Assembly: GCA_036172245.1 (NCBI GenBank)
Contig: JAYWIR010000002.1
Coordinates: 3,720,001 to 3,784,000, forward strand
Length of the DNA: 64,000 nucleotides
Direction of reading: 5' to 3'
Source: Raillietiella orientalis
Lineage: Eukaryota
Shown: positions 1-11,690 of the stretch, piece after piece
How the letters are laid out: each line of letters starts with the position of its first letter
How positions within the stretch are numbered: the stretch's first letter is position 1
Notes under the pieces: model-generated
The model's input: only the letters and a program-made list of their open reading frames with translations
The model's database searches: none
What the model was told of the DNA's origin: nothing
Program-made: the position numbers and the translations under genes

Positions 1-59
1 AGAAACTTTGTTCTGCAACTTTCTTGCTTTGTCTTACGTGTGATCAATCGAAAGATCCG

Positions 60-660
60 ATCAAAAAAAAACAAAAGAAATTGTACCGTAAGAAGTCATG
101 TTTTTATTTATCACAAAAGTTGGTATATTTGTTGCTATTTTCATTCTGCTGAGCAATTATCTATCCTTCCCTATTCATTTAAATCTGGTACAAAGTTACT
201 GATAACTAAATCGTGAACTGTTTAACAGACATGCCATTTTTCGGGTTAAATCAAATGTAGTTCGTGATGAGATCTGTGACTTATAAATTCTCTTTGGTCG
301 CATGTGATATCCATAATCACTGCTCTTTGGTGATGGCGAACTGAATTGTTTTTCGAGTTGAAAAATTAACAGAGTTTTTGTGAATGGACATTTGTTTCGC
401 GAGAGTGTCTTTCTTGAGATCTTTATCTGCTACCGGAAATTAAGGAATTCCAGTCTTGAGTGGATGATGTTTGACATAGCGGGATTTTCAGAATCGTTTA
501 TCTTACATAGACTTGGTTATGTTTCTTTCCATCCCGGGCATCTCGCTGATGTCTCGGACTCTCCTGCCACGTCCTGTTCTGAGTGCCCGCCTTCGATGGA
601 TTCTTTGAGTCTTGCAATTGGAAAGTTCCCTTTCATTCCTTTCGGTATTTGTAGTCAGTC
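60..660 (-). mobile_element. Decayed Ty3/Gypsy-type LTR retrotransposon integrase fragment
   Basis: Hand translation across stops and frameshifts gives LQIPKG...GGHSEQ / RVRDISEMPGMERNITKSM...PLKTGIP*FPV...NPKNGMS...VTFV. This follows the order of the integrase H2C2 finger (GH.G...WPGM..DI) and rve core (G.P..I.SD...F). The segment is AT-richer than its flanks. Confidence 0.4.
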
Positions 661-1449
661 CGTCAGCTACGCCTCCATGTGGGAATGCGAGGAAGAAAAA
701 ACTCGGGAACGCGACCGGCGTTGCACCGGCCTTGCATGTTTGCAAGGTCGTCGTAACACGGTACGACGGCGCTGCTGATGCGGAAACTGCCAGTCAGACT
801 GCATTTACTGAAGGAGCGGCCTTCACCTCGACGGCTAAGTTCATTCTTCCAGGAGCCGCGCAAGCCCCGGACACAGCCGAAAGACCGACAAAAACAAGCG
901 TGCCTGGGAGCGAAGCCCAAGCCCCCGAGAGTGGGCGAGCACAAGGTCCCGCAAGAACGAGGGTATTTCAGTAGGACCTAGGAAGGCAGGGACGCGACAC
1001 TCGCCTCTCTGGATCACGGAAAAGAGGGAAACCAAGCCGTGAGAGTAGGTCCCAGTCAGCGTCCCAGCTGAAACCCCGTTGTCAGAGGATCGCTCTCTAG
1101 TAGGTGAGGAGGAGACAGAGTATGGCCTCTTCCCATCGCCTATAGGGCCCCTTTCGGCACTCCAGCGGGCCGCGCGGCAATATAAGGCGAACGCAGCGGT
1201 GCTCATCTCAGCGGCACTCCTCTCCCAGATCTCCACGCGGGCCTCTCAAGCGCGCTTGCAGCTCCCCCGTCAGTGGAACGGCCTCGCGCGCCCAGCCGGA
1301 GTCGCATCCCCCACAGAGCCGCCGACTGCTGAGCAAAGCGAACGTGGCATTCGGTTCGCCGCACAGCGGGGCAAGTTGGCACCCGATCGGGCGCAATCCG
1401 CCGACGTGCCGCAGGGCCCGACGCGATCCGGTTGACGACGAGGGGCTTC

Positions 1450-4011
1450 GGCATTCGCCTGCCGTCAGACGCGGCAACGGACACAGGTCAGAGGAACGTG
1501 TACAAGGGCACGCGTAAGCAGTCCTGTCGGCCGGGATGTCGAATGCCTCTCCCCGGACGACCGCTGGTGCCCGCGTTGACGCCTGTGTGGCTGCGGTCTC
1601 TCCACGTGAGACACCGAACGTCGTGGGTTCGAATCCCGCTCGGGGAAGGTCGACACCGAGAATGGGAGGTGCGCCGTGGGTCCCCTTCCCCTGCAGGATG
1701 GCCTCTGGTTGGCCTACGGGCTTCGGGTGCTCCTCCGTTGCCCTATTGAGAGGCCAGGATCGGAAGTGGACCCTCCAGGGACCTTCAAGGAATCAAGGAG
1801 CCTTTCGGGGTTCCCTTCCTGTTGTGGAAAAGGGATCCGTCCCCTCCCCCCCTCAGGGAGGAGGACCCTCCATCGCGTACCATGGCGCTGGTTGTAACCC
1901 CCCTCGGACTGTCGCCTCTCCGGCGTATCAAGAAGTACTCTGCTCCCTTCGGAGAGAAATCGCGAAGCGTCCTTTCCGGGTTCTCTTCAGAGGAGGAAAC
2001 CAGGAGCGGCCCTCACGAACCGAGGAGTCCCTCCGGAGAGAATGAGGGAGAGGCGGGTTCCCCTCGGAGTTCCCTCCCAAACGTAAAAGGGACGGATCCC
2101 TTCCTCCGGAGCCTTTCTTGGACTCAAAGTGTGGTCCTCCCTCCGGGGTGACCATTGTAACGTGAAGAGTCGCGCGTACCCTCGGGCGGCATGGAGCAGC
2201 CGAAGAGCCGAAGGGCCCCTAGGCGAGCAGTTCTTGAAAGCTCAGCAAACCACCTGTGCTCATGGGCGAGGGTCCGGGTGCACCCAGCCACCCCGGGGTT
2301 GAATCAGAGCTGCCTCCCCTCGGCGGGGGTGTGGGACTTCTTGAGAACGCCCGGCAGCTTCCGGAAGCCCGGCTGAGCCGTCCGGAGGCGAGAGGACTGC
2401 AGCTTCCCCCCTCCCTCCCCATTCTTCCGCAAAACTCGAAGACCGAGGAGTGAAGACTCGACGACCTCACGCTTTGCTTCGGGCTTCCGCCGAGCCCTCA
2501 GTCCGAAGATGGCGCTGTGGAAGCAACAGGACCTTCCTGCCCGGGCCCAGACACGCCGGGACGTTTTTACGTGCAGCCGCTCCTCTCCCAAAACGGCTCC
2601 GTTTGCGGCAGGATGAAGGGAGAGGTCCGCTCAGGGAAAAGTGAAAGAGGGAGCGGCGGCGAAGGACCCCAGCACGCTGCCCGGTGTTCTCTGAACCTTC
2701 TGGCGAGCTCCTCCTGAAGGGGTGCCAGATGGTAAGGCCGCCCGATCGCCTCCCTCATGGAGGGAGTGACGTTCGGGATGGGCGTCCCTTCCGGCGAAAC
2801 TCCGGGACACCGACCAGCACGCCGAGTGGGCAGAAAAGGGCCGCGACCACTATGTCCGCCCTGCGCGAAGAGGAGCTCTGGGGAGTCCCCACTGGGTTGC
2901 TCACCAGAAAGTTAAAGGGCCAAGGAGGAGCATCCCTTCTGGGAGAGCTTCCGCCCCGTCACCCCCTAAAGCATTCGTTCGAAAGAGGGGGGGACGTGAC
3001 GTCCCGCCGGGGGACGGCTACAGGGTCTGCAAACGAAGAGGAGACAGCGACAGCTGCCCTCTGGAGGATGTTATCGTGCAGCCAACCACCTGTGCGTGGG
3101 CCCAAAGAACCTCCCTAGCCGCAGCAGTGCCCTCCCTCAGGGAGCACTTGGGCAGTAACTAGTCGGCCAAATGGGAGATCAGTTGCGAAATAGGTGTTCA
3201 GACGAACAGATTTGGTGATTGGATCACGGACCAGCTAACGGACGCTGCAACCCCAAGTGCCCCACCGAAAGGACTATTGCGCTGGGGCGAGCTGCTGGGA
3301 ATCCTACAGGAAGACCTCGAGTGGCCCCCAGCGCTGAAGAGCAGCAGGGCCCTCCCCCCTGAAGTGGTAGGAGTCGGCACTTCTGCTGTTGCACTGGGGC
3401 CACCCGTGCAACGCTGCCCGTCGGTCTCACTGGACCCGCGGGGCTGTGGACCCAAACTGCTGCAGGTGCGGGGAACGGGAGTCCCTTCCGCACCTGATTG
3501 TGGACTGTGCTAACCTACGGCTCCTGTGGTTGCGTTACCCAACGGCCTTTGGTGCACTGACGGACAATCCCGGGGATGCCTCTTCGTGCGCGACGCCTTT
3601 TCGCCTGACGCATCCCCAGAAGTCCTTTGCTGCTGCCTACGCGGGATTGTGGCGGCCTGGAGCTACGCGAGAGGAGGACGGCGCTACAGGAACGCCATCT
3701 GCATCGCCCTGCGCTTCCTGTGGACGGCAGAGATGGCCCACCTGGGACCCATACTCGGATGGAACTTGCCGGCATCCTGGAAAGGATGCAGAGGACGTCC
3801 TCCAGATCCCAGTGGTCCATTCCCGTGCCCCCTAGAGTTCTTTTTGTTATTGATTGTTCTTTTTGTTTGCCTTCTCCCCCTCCGCTGCCGAAGCAAACCT
3901 TGACCGCCTGCGTGCTGGTTACTTGGAAGGTTTCGAACTCTTTCGGACGATGTAGGGCCGATAACCCGATATATTTATTATTTTTTATAATAAATGCGCC
4001 GGCGTGACCGG
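1450..4011 (+). mobile_element. L1/Tx1-like LINE copy A: APE endonuclease remnant, C-terminal zf-RVT and 3' UTR; RT core not recognisable
   Basis: EN-like motifs GQRNVYKG, SPRETP, SSVALLRG and VLFRGGNQ (GDFN-like) lie at ~1490-2000. The zinc-binding motif LHWGHPCN...CCRCGERESLPHLIVDC is at ~3390-3510. The 3' UTR ends AATAAA-TGCGCCGGCGTGACCGG (3989-4011), shared with other copies. Confidence 0.75.
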
Positions 4012-4029
4012 ACGATAAACCAAATGGAG

Positions 4030-5200
4030 GGGAATGCGGGAGGAAGAAGAAGACGCGGGCAAGGGCAACTGCCCTTCCTTTGCCTCGGCATTGCCACGCG
4101 AGACGTCGGGGAGATCCCGAGCGGGACTGTCCCGTCGCGAGCCCCGACAGGAGGCGGATGGCTTCCCTGCCTCTGCGTCCCCTTCTGGCATTGTTTCCGG
4201 AGCGCGCGGGGTGCCGCCACTCCCGCACCGGAGGCTTCCGGCGCGACCGATGGGAGGCGGCAACTGGCCTCCGGGGGGAGAGGGTGGTCTGCCAACTGCC
4301 CCAGGGACCCCCTCCGGACTGTGGCTCCCTGGAAGAGCTTCAGCGCTCCTGCCTGCCCAGGGAGGGCGCCGCCCGCGGCCCTCCGCGGCGATTCCCCGCG
4401 AGCGGCGGACTCTCGGCGACGGCAGGTTGCGTCCGCTCCATGGCCTCGAGCGCCGCAGCGAAGGGAGGGTTAGGGGACGTGGAGTTGTCCGAGGCGTCCC
4501 TTCGGGGTTCTCTTCAGAGGGGTAACAGGGAGGGGCTACCTTGCGGGAGAAGAGACGAGGAACGGCCCCCACAAACTGTGGGGTTCCTTCGGAGACAGCC
4601 AAGGCGGGGTTCCCTCCCAAGCGTGGGAGGAGCAGAGAGGAGCGCTGCGCCTGCTGCCGTCAGAGAGCCGCAGGACTCGGCGGCAGTGCAACGAAGGCGG
4701 CGGCCCCTCGCGCCCGCCGACCGTGCGCTCGGGAGGCACGGTGGCGCTTACGCCCCTTCTCTCGCGACGCGCTATCAGGACCCGTCTTGGGGACGCCGTC
4801 GCGGCGCCTGCATCCCGAGGCCGGCCAGCATCCCAGCGTGGAGCCATGGCGTCCTTCGAACGGAACTTCTCGAAGGTCCTCTCGGTCCTCCGAAGGGCAA
4901 AGCCTCCGACTCTTCCTCTTTGTCACGGAAGCGCGCGGGGAGAGGAAGGAAGGTGGAAGGTGGAGGTGAGCAAAGGGGAGGTAACTCCGTTGCGGCAGTC
5001 CGAGCGTGCGAGACGGAGCGCATCCCGCGGACCGGGACGCCCCTCCGCCTCCCCTCCTTTCCTGGAAAGACCCGTTCTGTCGCTGCGGCGCAAGCGGATC
5101 GCCACCGCGCCCGTGCACGACGGGGACGGGGGTGGGCTTTCGAGTTTGTCCTTCTGGGGGTTCACCAGCTGCTAAGGAAACGCTCGCCTCCCTGGAGGAG
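4030..5200 (+). mobile_element. L1/Tx1-like LINE endonuclease fragment
   Basis: Colinear with copy A at 1750-2450 (PRDPLR...PFGVLFRG...PAWSHGVL, an SDH-like motif); many disablements. Confidence 0.55.
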
Positions 5201-5467
5201 GGAGGGGGGTAATGGAGCTCTTCGACCCTACCCGAGGTTGCGTGCGACCCTTCACGTTCCAGGAATCACCCCGAAGGGAGGACCACCCCATGAATCCAGG
5301 AAGGGCTCCAGAGGGAGGATTCCGTTCCTCCCATGCTTGGGAGGGAACCCCCGCCTTGGCTGTCTCCGAAGGAACCCCACGGTTTGTGGGGGTCGCTCCT
5401 CGTCTCTTCTCTCGCAAGGTAGCCCCTCCCTGTTACCCCTCTGAAGAGAACCCCGAAGGGACGCCTC
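4491..5467. repeat. Inverted repeat, arms 4491-4631 and 5326-5467
   Basis: The reverse complement of 5326-5467 matches 4491-4631 with 5 transitions and 1 indel by hand count; spacer ~695 bp. Confidence 0.95.
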
Positions 5468-7590
5468 CAAATTCCCTCCGAAGGACTTCTGATGCCCTGG
5501 GGAGGCAACCTCCTGATGGGGGCACGAACCAGCTCCATTACATCACGATCCCTTTCCTTGAGGGAGGGAGGGTCCGCTCCCTTTTCGCAATCCGAAGGAC
5601 ACCCTGATATCCTGGGAGGACCCAGGAAGGTCGACTTCCGATCTCAGCAGCTAGCCGACGGTGACTCCCGGGAGTTTCGGGCTTCCGCCGGTGCTGCTGC
5701 CCCCGCACCCGAACGGAGGCAGTCCTGCGAGGAGAAGTCGAACCCGCGAGGCACCCCCTCGTTCTTCCCACGGGCGGAATTCGAACTCGCAGCTCCTGGG
5801 GCCGCGGGCTCGTGGGGACCACACGGTCGCCGACGCGGACGTTTCTCCGTTTCTTCTCTGCTTCCCTCTCCCTTCCCCGGCAGGACCTGCTCTTCGTTTG
5901 CTTTTCCGAAGAGAGCATCGAAGGACCGCTTCCTGAAGGTTCATGGCCCTGCCGGCCTCCCAGTGGCGCACTCCCGCAGGCCTCCGCCTGCTGGCACCCA
6001 GGCACCTCCGCCAACCCACTCAGTGGTACCCCCCCAACGACCACGTTCTTTTCCACCCCACCCGTTCCTCCGCCTCCGTGCAACCGGCCTATCCCCTCGA
6101 GAGGACTCCCCCCTTCCTGGACTTGCCCGGTTCCCCGTTGCGAGAGCTCTCCCTTCTTTGTTCCGGGTGCCCCAGCGCGACCCGCGGATGTCCATTCACA
6201 GCGCCCCGCGCGGTCGCGGTTCCCGTCTGGACGGCAGCGCCAGGGGCGTCGCGCGGGCGTTCCGCGAAAGACGCCCTTCATGCCACAGCAGCCGCTCGGA
6301 CATGCGAAGCGCCGTCTCGGAGGTCGCCCTGCGGTCCTGCAGACTCCACGCCAGGCACCACCCGCGGCTGCTCCTTTCCTTCTTCATCTGTCGGAGCCAC
6401 AGCCGGCCCTCCAGGCACAGCCAGTGGCGCGAGACGTCCCGAAGCGACGAAGGCCACGCGCGAACCGGGGTCGAGGTGAAAGGGTGGTGCGAGATGCTCA
6501 GCTTCCCTTTCCACTGATCCGGGCGACCTCCTGGAGCTCGGAGGCTGGCGGATGCGCTATCACGGCTCGGAGACTCTGATTGGACGAAGGGACCGGTCAG
6601 CCGGAGTTTCGGGGTCAACTCCGCGCAAGACTTCTCCTTCGGACAGTTCGATTTGTCCTTCAGCCTGCGGGAGCTTGTGAAATCCCAGCGGGGGGAAGGG
6701 GAGGAGGAGGCAAAGTGAACAGCTGAACGCCCTCGCCGGAGCAGGAACAGCGGGACAGCGGAGAGAGTGGAGGAGGGGGGAGGAATCCCAACCTGCCTGA
6801 GGCAGCTACCGTCGGGATGGTCGTTCCTCGCTTCTCCACCGTCTCCAGCAGCTGCACCTTTGGAGATGGCGGATGAGGAGGGCGCTGGAAGAGCGCTCTC
6901 GCCTTGCTGGCAGCATGGCCCTGTAGATGCTGGGAGATTCCGAAGGCCAAAGAGGAAGTTTTTTTTTTTGTCTCCACTTCCCCCTCCCCCCCTTACCTTT
7001 CCTCCCCTTCCCCACTCCGCCACTGTGGAATTTGAAGGGCGCGCCGCCGGGAGCATCCGCGCCAGTCCCGTCAGCCACGTGCAGTGCCTTTTCGCAGTCG
7101 CCCGTGACCCGGACGGAACTCCGCTGTCTCTTCGCGCGGTCTGCTCCGGTGCTTCGGAGGGCCAGCAGCTGCCGTTCCCGTCAGGTGGAAGAACCGTGCC
7201 GTCCCAGGATCGTGCTGACGGGCGGCTGATGCCTTGCGAAAGGAGCCGCCGGATGTCTGCCCCCCTTCCGTCCTTACCCTCCTCCTCCTCCCGCCCTCCT
7301 TACGTGCGCGCGCGCCCCTCAAGGGCCGTGTGCAGTGCCGGGCGTGCGGAGGACCTCGAGTGCGAGCAAGAAGGAACCCAGGAGGGGACGGTTTGGTGCT
7401 GTTGCTTCCTGCTTGCCGGGGGCCATCCGCCCTCAGGTGGTCTGCCTCCGGGGGCCAAGCACCGGAGGAGACGAAGAAGCGCCCCGGAGCATTCCCGAGC
7501 AGCAGCTGCGGGCGTGGAGATCGAGACGGACGCGGAGGAATCGGAGTCCCAGTTATCCCTCGTGCTGGACTCGATCGTGGGTCCACCGTC
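5200..7590 (-). mobile_element. L1/Tx1-like LINE 5' portion (ORF1 remnant plus endonuclease), facing the 4030-5200 copy
   Basis: The reverse complement of 5200-5640 aligns by eye with 1765-2200 (e.g. GGTCCTCCCT.CGGGGTGA...AACGTGAAG.GTCGC). An ORF1-like LLWHEG segment is at ~6280. The upper boundary is uncertain. Confidence 0.55.
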
Positions 7591-7599
7591 AAGTTGAGA

Positions 7600-10500
7600 C
7601 CCCGCCCTCCCCCAACTCGCACACCAGGAGGGGTGCAGGCCTTTGGGGTGGCAGAACTCCACTGTTGGAACTCTGTACGCGGCGGCCGAACACGAGAAGC
7701 GGATCCGTCCGTCGACGCTGAGTCAGGCAATAGTGCACGTGGCTGGTCCCGCTCTGGACCGGGCAAATTTTTCACTCTCAAGACAAAATGTCTCCCTCTA
7801 ACCATTCAGCCGAACTTTCTGTTTTCCAAAATTGTGGTAAAATGGAATCTTAAATTTTCCATACATGAAATGAAGGGTGTAACGATAAGCGAAATTTTTT
7901 TATATCTCTCTACATTGTGTGGCATAAATAATTGAATGATCATTATTTAATTGCATTATTCAATAATCATCAAATAATCGTTATTTAACCATGTAGCGCT
8001 TATATTACATCAGATGAAGGTACTCTCGTGCCGCGCCGGAACTGCGCTGTCCCCATCTCTGACTGGATCGAAGCTTTTCGGCGCGCGGAGTGGGAAAACG
8101 GGGCCGTCCCCATGACGCAGCTTCCCTTGGGCACCTGTTCCAGGCGATTCTTCCACCACCTCTCCCTCGAAGGACGGAAAGGCTCACCCGTGCTCGCGTG
8201 CGCGCGCGTCTCCCGAAAAGGGCCTCAGGACTTTGCTCTCTCGGTGGATGCGGGGAGGGGTTCACGGTCGACAGCGCTTCGGTGCTTCACACAGGCGGCT
8301 CCCGTGCCTCCGGCACTCGACCGAGAAGCCTCGTGAATGTGGTTGCTGCCGCCGCTTGCCGTCCCTTGGGGATACCAGGCTCCTAGCCTCCTCCTGCCTA
8401 GCAGCCAAGCTTCCCCAAGGGAAGAATTCCCAGAACATCTCGTTTCGCAGTCCTGGGATGGCTCCTTTCGGGAGGAAGGACTCGGGATGAACTCTAGCCT
8501 TCTAACCCTTTCCCGTCGCGGAAGCACCCCTTTCGGACATTGCCCCCCGCAGAGTGGCTCCCACCGCCTCCTCGCCCTTGTCTTGGCCCCGACGTGACCG
8601 AGCTGCACCGGGATCGCGCGAGTCTGCTCCAGAGAGAGGTTTTTGGCCTACCGGCCTGGAAGCACTCCGGCTACACCGCTCAGAACCGCCTGCATTTCCT
8701 CTCCACTCCTCGGTGACCCCCACAAGAGCTCTTTGACCACTCTACCTGCGGGCGATCTCCTGCCTCCCGGAAAACTGCATGGCTTGGATTCAGGAGTCGG
8801 TCTTCTGGAGGCTGATATACGGCTCGAGCGAGGCAGGGTACGCCTGCCTCCGGAAGGGGAGGCGCGCTCGACAGCCCATGCGGGAGATCATTGTGTGCAG
8901 TCCGCGCAACCTGCTGTGGGTCTCGTTCACCCCTCTTGCCCCAGTGCTGTTCTCCTTGAAAAATGCGAGTACAGCAATGAACCGGCAAGATGGGAAGTGT
9001 CCTGCTGCATCGAGGGCAGGAAAAAACGCGTGGACAACGCGATAGCCAGCGGACGCTGAGACCCTGAGTACCCACCGAAAGGACTTACCCACTCACCCCA
9101 ACGTACGTTGGGGTGAGTTGCTCGCGATACCTCCGGAAGTGGAGTAGCCCCCAGCGTGTTGGAACAGTGGCATCCTCTCTCTCAAGTGGCAAGAAATGGA
9201 GTTACTGTTGCATTGGACTGACACCCGGTCGCGACGGGGCGTTTATTTATAAAGATAAACATACACGTCTGTGGCAGGGCTTTTGATCTTGAGGCATGTT
9301 GCTTGTAACTACGAGAAGGAACCTGCCGGGAACTGGCACGCAGGCCAGCGGGTTCGCCTCGGCAGCACAAGGAAAGGAGAGAGAAACAAAAGGAAAAAAT
9401 AAAACAGAAAACATATAGTCAAAAAATGGGAGGGTTCGGGAAGGGATCACCGGGTGCTGGCAAGGATGATGGCATGGAGACAGCGTCAAGATGGCCCAGA
9501 TGGGGCCAGCCCAGATTCCTTCCTTGACGCTATCCTCATGAAGAGGACAGCAAAGTAGATGATGTCTCTATCGTTGTGGCCCCCTCTGGCGCTGCTCCAT
9601 GCAGCCACGATCCTGCGTAGGCAGCAAAGTGCTGCTAGGGATGCGGCCGGGAAGAGAGCATCTTGCAGGAAGGGCGCTTTAAAACGTCTCTGGCGTTGTC
9701 GCCGGTAGTTCCAAGGGCCACAGCAAAGCGTGCCTAAAGGGAGCGGAGGGCAACACAGTCCACTAGGAGATGTGGGAGGTATTCCTGCTCCCCGCATCTT
9801 GCACAGTTCGGGTTCATCCCCTCTCCCCGTGTCCAATGATGCTGGCAAGCGTTGCACGGGAGGCACCAGTGCAGCACCATCAATGCTGACTCCTGCCACT
9901 TCAAGGGGAGGGTACGTGCGGGTACCCTCATGAGTACCGGGGGCCACGAGGTCGAGCACTCGGAGTCGCAGCGTCAGTGAGATGGCCTGTCGTTCACTTG
10001 TCCAGTTGTTGCATTGGGGAATCCTATGCAAAGCACGCATCCATTATTGAACACGGGGGAGCGTCGATGCCCATTGCGCAAAGTGCGGCGAGAAGGAGGA
10101 GACCTTCCCGCACTTATTGGTAGACTGTTCTGCCCTTCGACCCCTTTAGAATCGTCTCTCGATGATCCTAAGAAACCTGGAGGGCGAACCAAGGGACATT
10201 TTCCGACGACTCCTCCGGAGTACCGATCTGCAGTCAGCCGCGTCCTTAACAGCTCTCTGCCGCTGTGTCCGTGGAAAATCGTGGCATGCTGGAACGCGAC
10301 CAGGAGAGGGCAAAATGGCAAGGACGCCATTCACTGGACGACGATCTTCTTGAGGAAAGCGTCGAGATGGCCCCACCTGGGCAATGCCAAAACAGCACCT
10401 GACAGCATCCTGAACAGGATTCAGAGGACGTCTCCAGACGAGTAGTGATCCCTTTTCTACCCGACCCTTCCTAAGAAACTCCCCCACCCCCTTTTTTCTT

Positions 10501-10680
10501 CTTTTTTTTTTTTCTTGTAGTTTTGCCTTTTCCTTCACCGATGGAACGGACCTCACCGGTCTGCGTACTGGTTTTTGGCAAGTCCTTCGCGCGTGGTAGA
10601 ATCAAAAGTTCTACCACGAATCTGTAATATAGACTACTTTTATTAGAATTTCCTATAATAAATGCCCCGGCAAACTTGGG
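7600..10680 (+). mobile_element. L1/Tx1-like LINE copy C (EN and RT fragments, zf-RVT, 3' UTR), interrupted by an AT-rich segment (~7760-8010) and a nested copy (9217-10006)
   Basis: EN-like GVAELHC...GNSARG at ~7650; RT-like FALSVDA..GFTVD (LSLDxEKAFD-like) at ~8230; RWGELL...LKWQEMELLLHW at 9100-9216, resuming at 10007 as LHWGILC...CAKCGEKEETFPHLLVDC. It ends AATAAA-TGCCCCGG at 10657-10670. Confidence 0.65.
9217..10006 (-). mobile_element. 5'-truncated L1/Tx1-like LINE copy B, nested antisense in copy C
   Basis: Carries LKWQESALMVLHWCLPCN...CARCGEQEYLPHLLVDC, the family 3' UTR and the terminus AATAAACGCCCCGTCGCGACCGG. It is flanked by the direct repeat TGTTGCATTGG at 9206-9216 and 10007-10017. 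Confidence 0.8.
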
Positions 10681-10689
10681 CGAAAAACC

Positions 10690-11690
10690 TGCGGGGATCT
10701 CGCCATCTCGCGCGTCCTTCTTCCAGTAGTCACTTCGAATCCCCTCCGGTGCTGACCCATCGACTTGCAGCGAAGACGCGGAAGAACTTAATTGCATCTC
10801 TGGACCGGCAGGCCCCAAATCATCCTCTTCCCTCCTTCTCTTCGGCATTGGGCTTTCCAGCCCTAAAGATCGTTTCCCAGTTAGTCCTTGGGGCAGAAGG
10901 CACGGGAAGAAAGGGGGCTCGTGATGAGCAGAAGGGTGGAGGCACGATACGGCAAGACTGTTGCGAGGTTCCACCTGCTAATCGGAATCATGGCATCCGC
11001 GCTGCAAAGTAGCAGCAGACGCCACCCGGGCACCCCAGCAAGCCGTCCGTCACATCGAGGGAGGAGGGCAGACGGATGCGTCTTGGAGCGATTCGGTGGA
11101 TCGGTTGTTTCGAGCCCGCGGTCGGCGTTCCCGATTGTCTTCGACAGCGGAAGGGAGGGAGGGAGGGAGACAGAATGGTAGACCCAGGAACGGGGCTGGC
11201 AGAGGAGTGGAACAATGTCCGCCACTCCGAGGGAAAGTAAGGTCTTTTCCTGCCACGCACGGACTCATCCCTCCGGTAAAGGAGGGCATGGGGTCGCCAA
11301 CTTCCCCCTCTCGCGTCGCAGCTACGAGGGAACTCGTCGCTTCCCGCGTGCCAGAGAAACGCGAACGCAAGAGGAGCACCCCTTTGGGATGGCCGGCTTG
11401 GCTTGCGCGCTTCCATCTGCCCGCTCTCGAGTCTCTCCCAGGGGTCGAGCAGGGGGTCCATATCTAGAGCCTCCTTCGCAGCCTCGTTCCACGTGGACGG
11501 ACCCGGACCAATTTCGGTTCAGACGAGCCGCAGTCTGTGCCGGGAGGTCCCCGAGATGAAATTCCACCGGCTGCTGCGCGCTCCGCGAGTGTTGGAAAAG
11601 TCTGCGGGGGGAGGGAAGGGATAGGCAGAGATACCCCAGGTCATTCGGGTTGGGCGACCCTGGGACAGCTCCCCGCAAGGCGATCACCAT
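10690..11690 (-). mobile_element. LINE ORF1-like remnant
   Basis: QPVEFHLGDLPAQTA (RRM-like) followed by FLWHAG...RSC; the same arrangement appears at ~6280, ~21620 and ~30730. Heavily decayed. Confidence 0.3.

Noticed and set aside
1569-1646. tRNA or tRNA-SINE suggested by the T-arm-like GTGGGTTCGAATCCCGC (1623-1639)
   Set aside because: No convincing D or anticodon arm and no A box; it lies in frame within the LINE endonuclease remnant. tRNAscan-SE would settle it.
2450-2800. Shared RT deletion in copies A and D, implying a non-autonomous subfamily
   Set aside because: Copy D appears to retain distal RT motifs that copy A lacks, so the deletion junctions differ.
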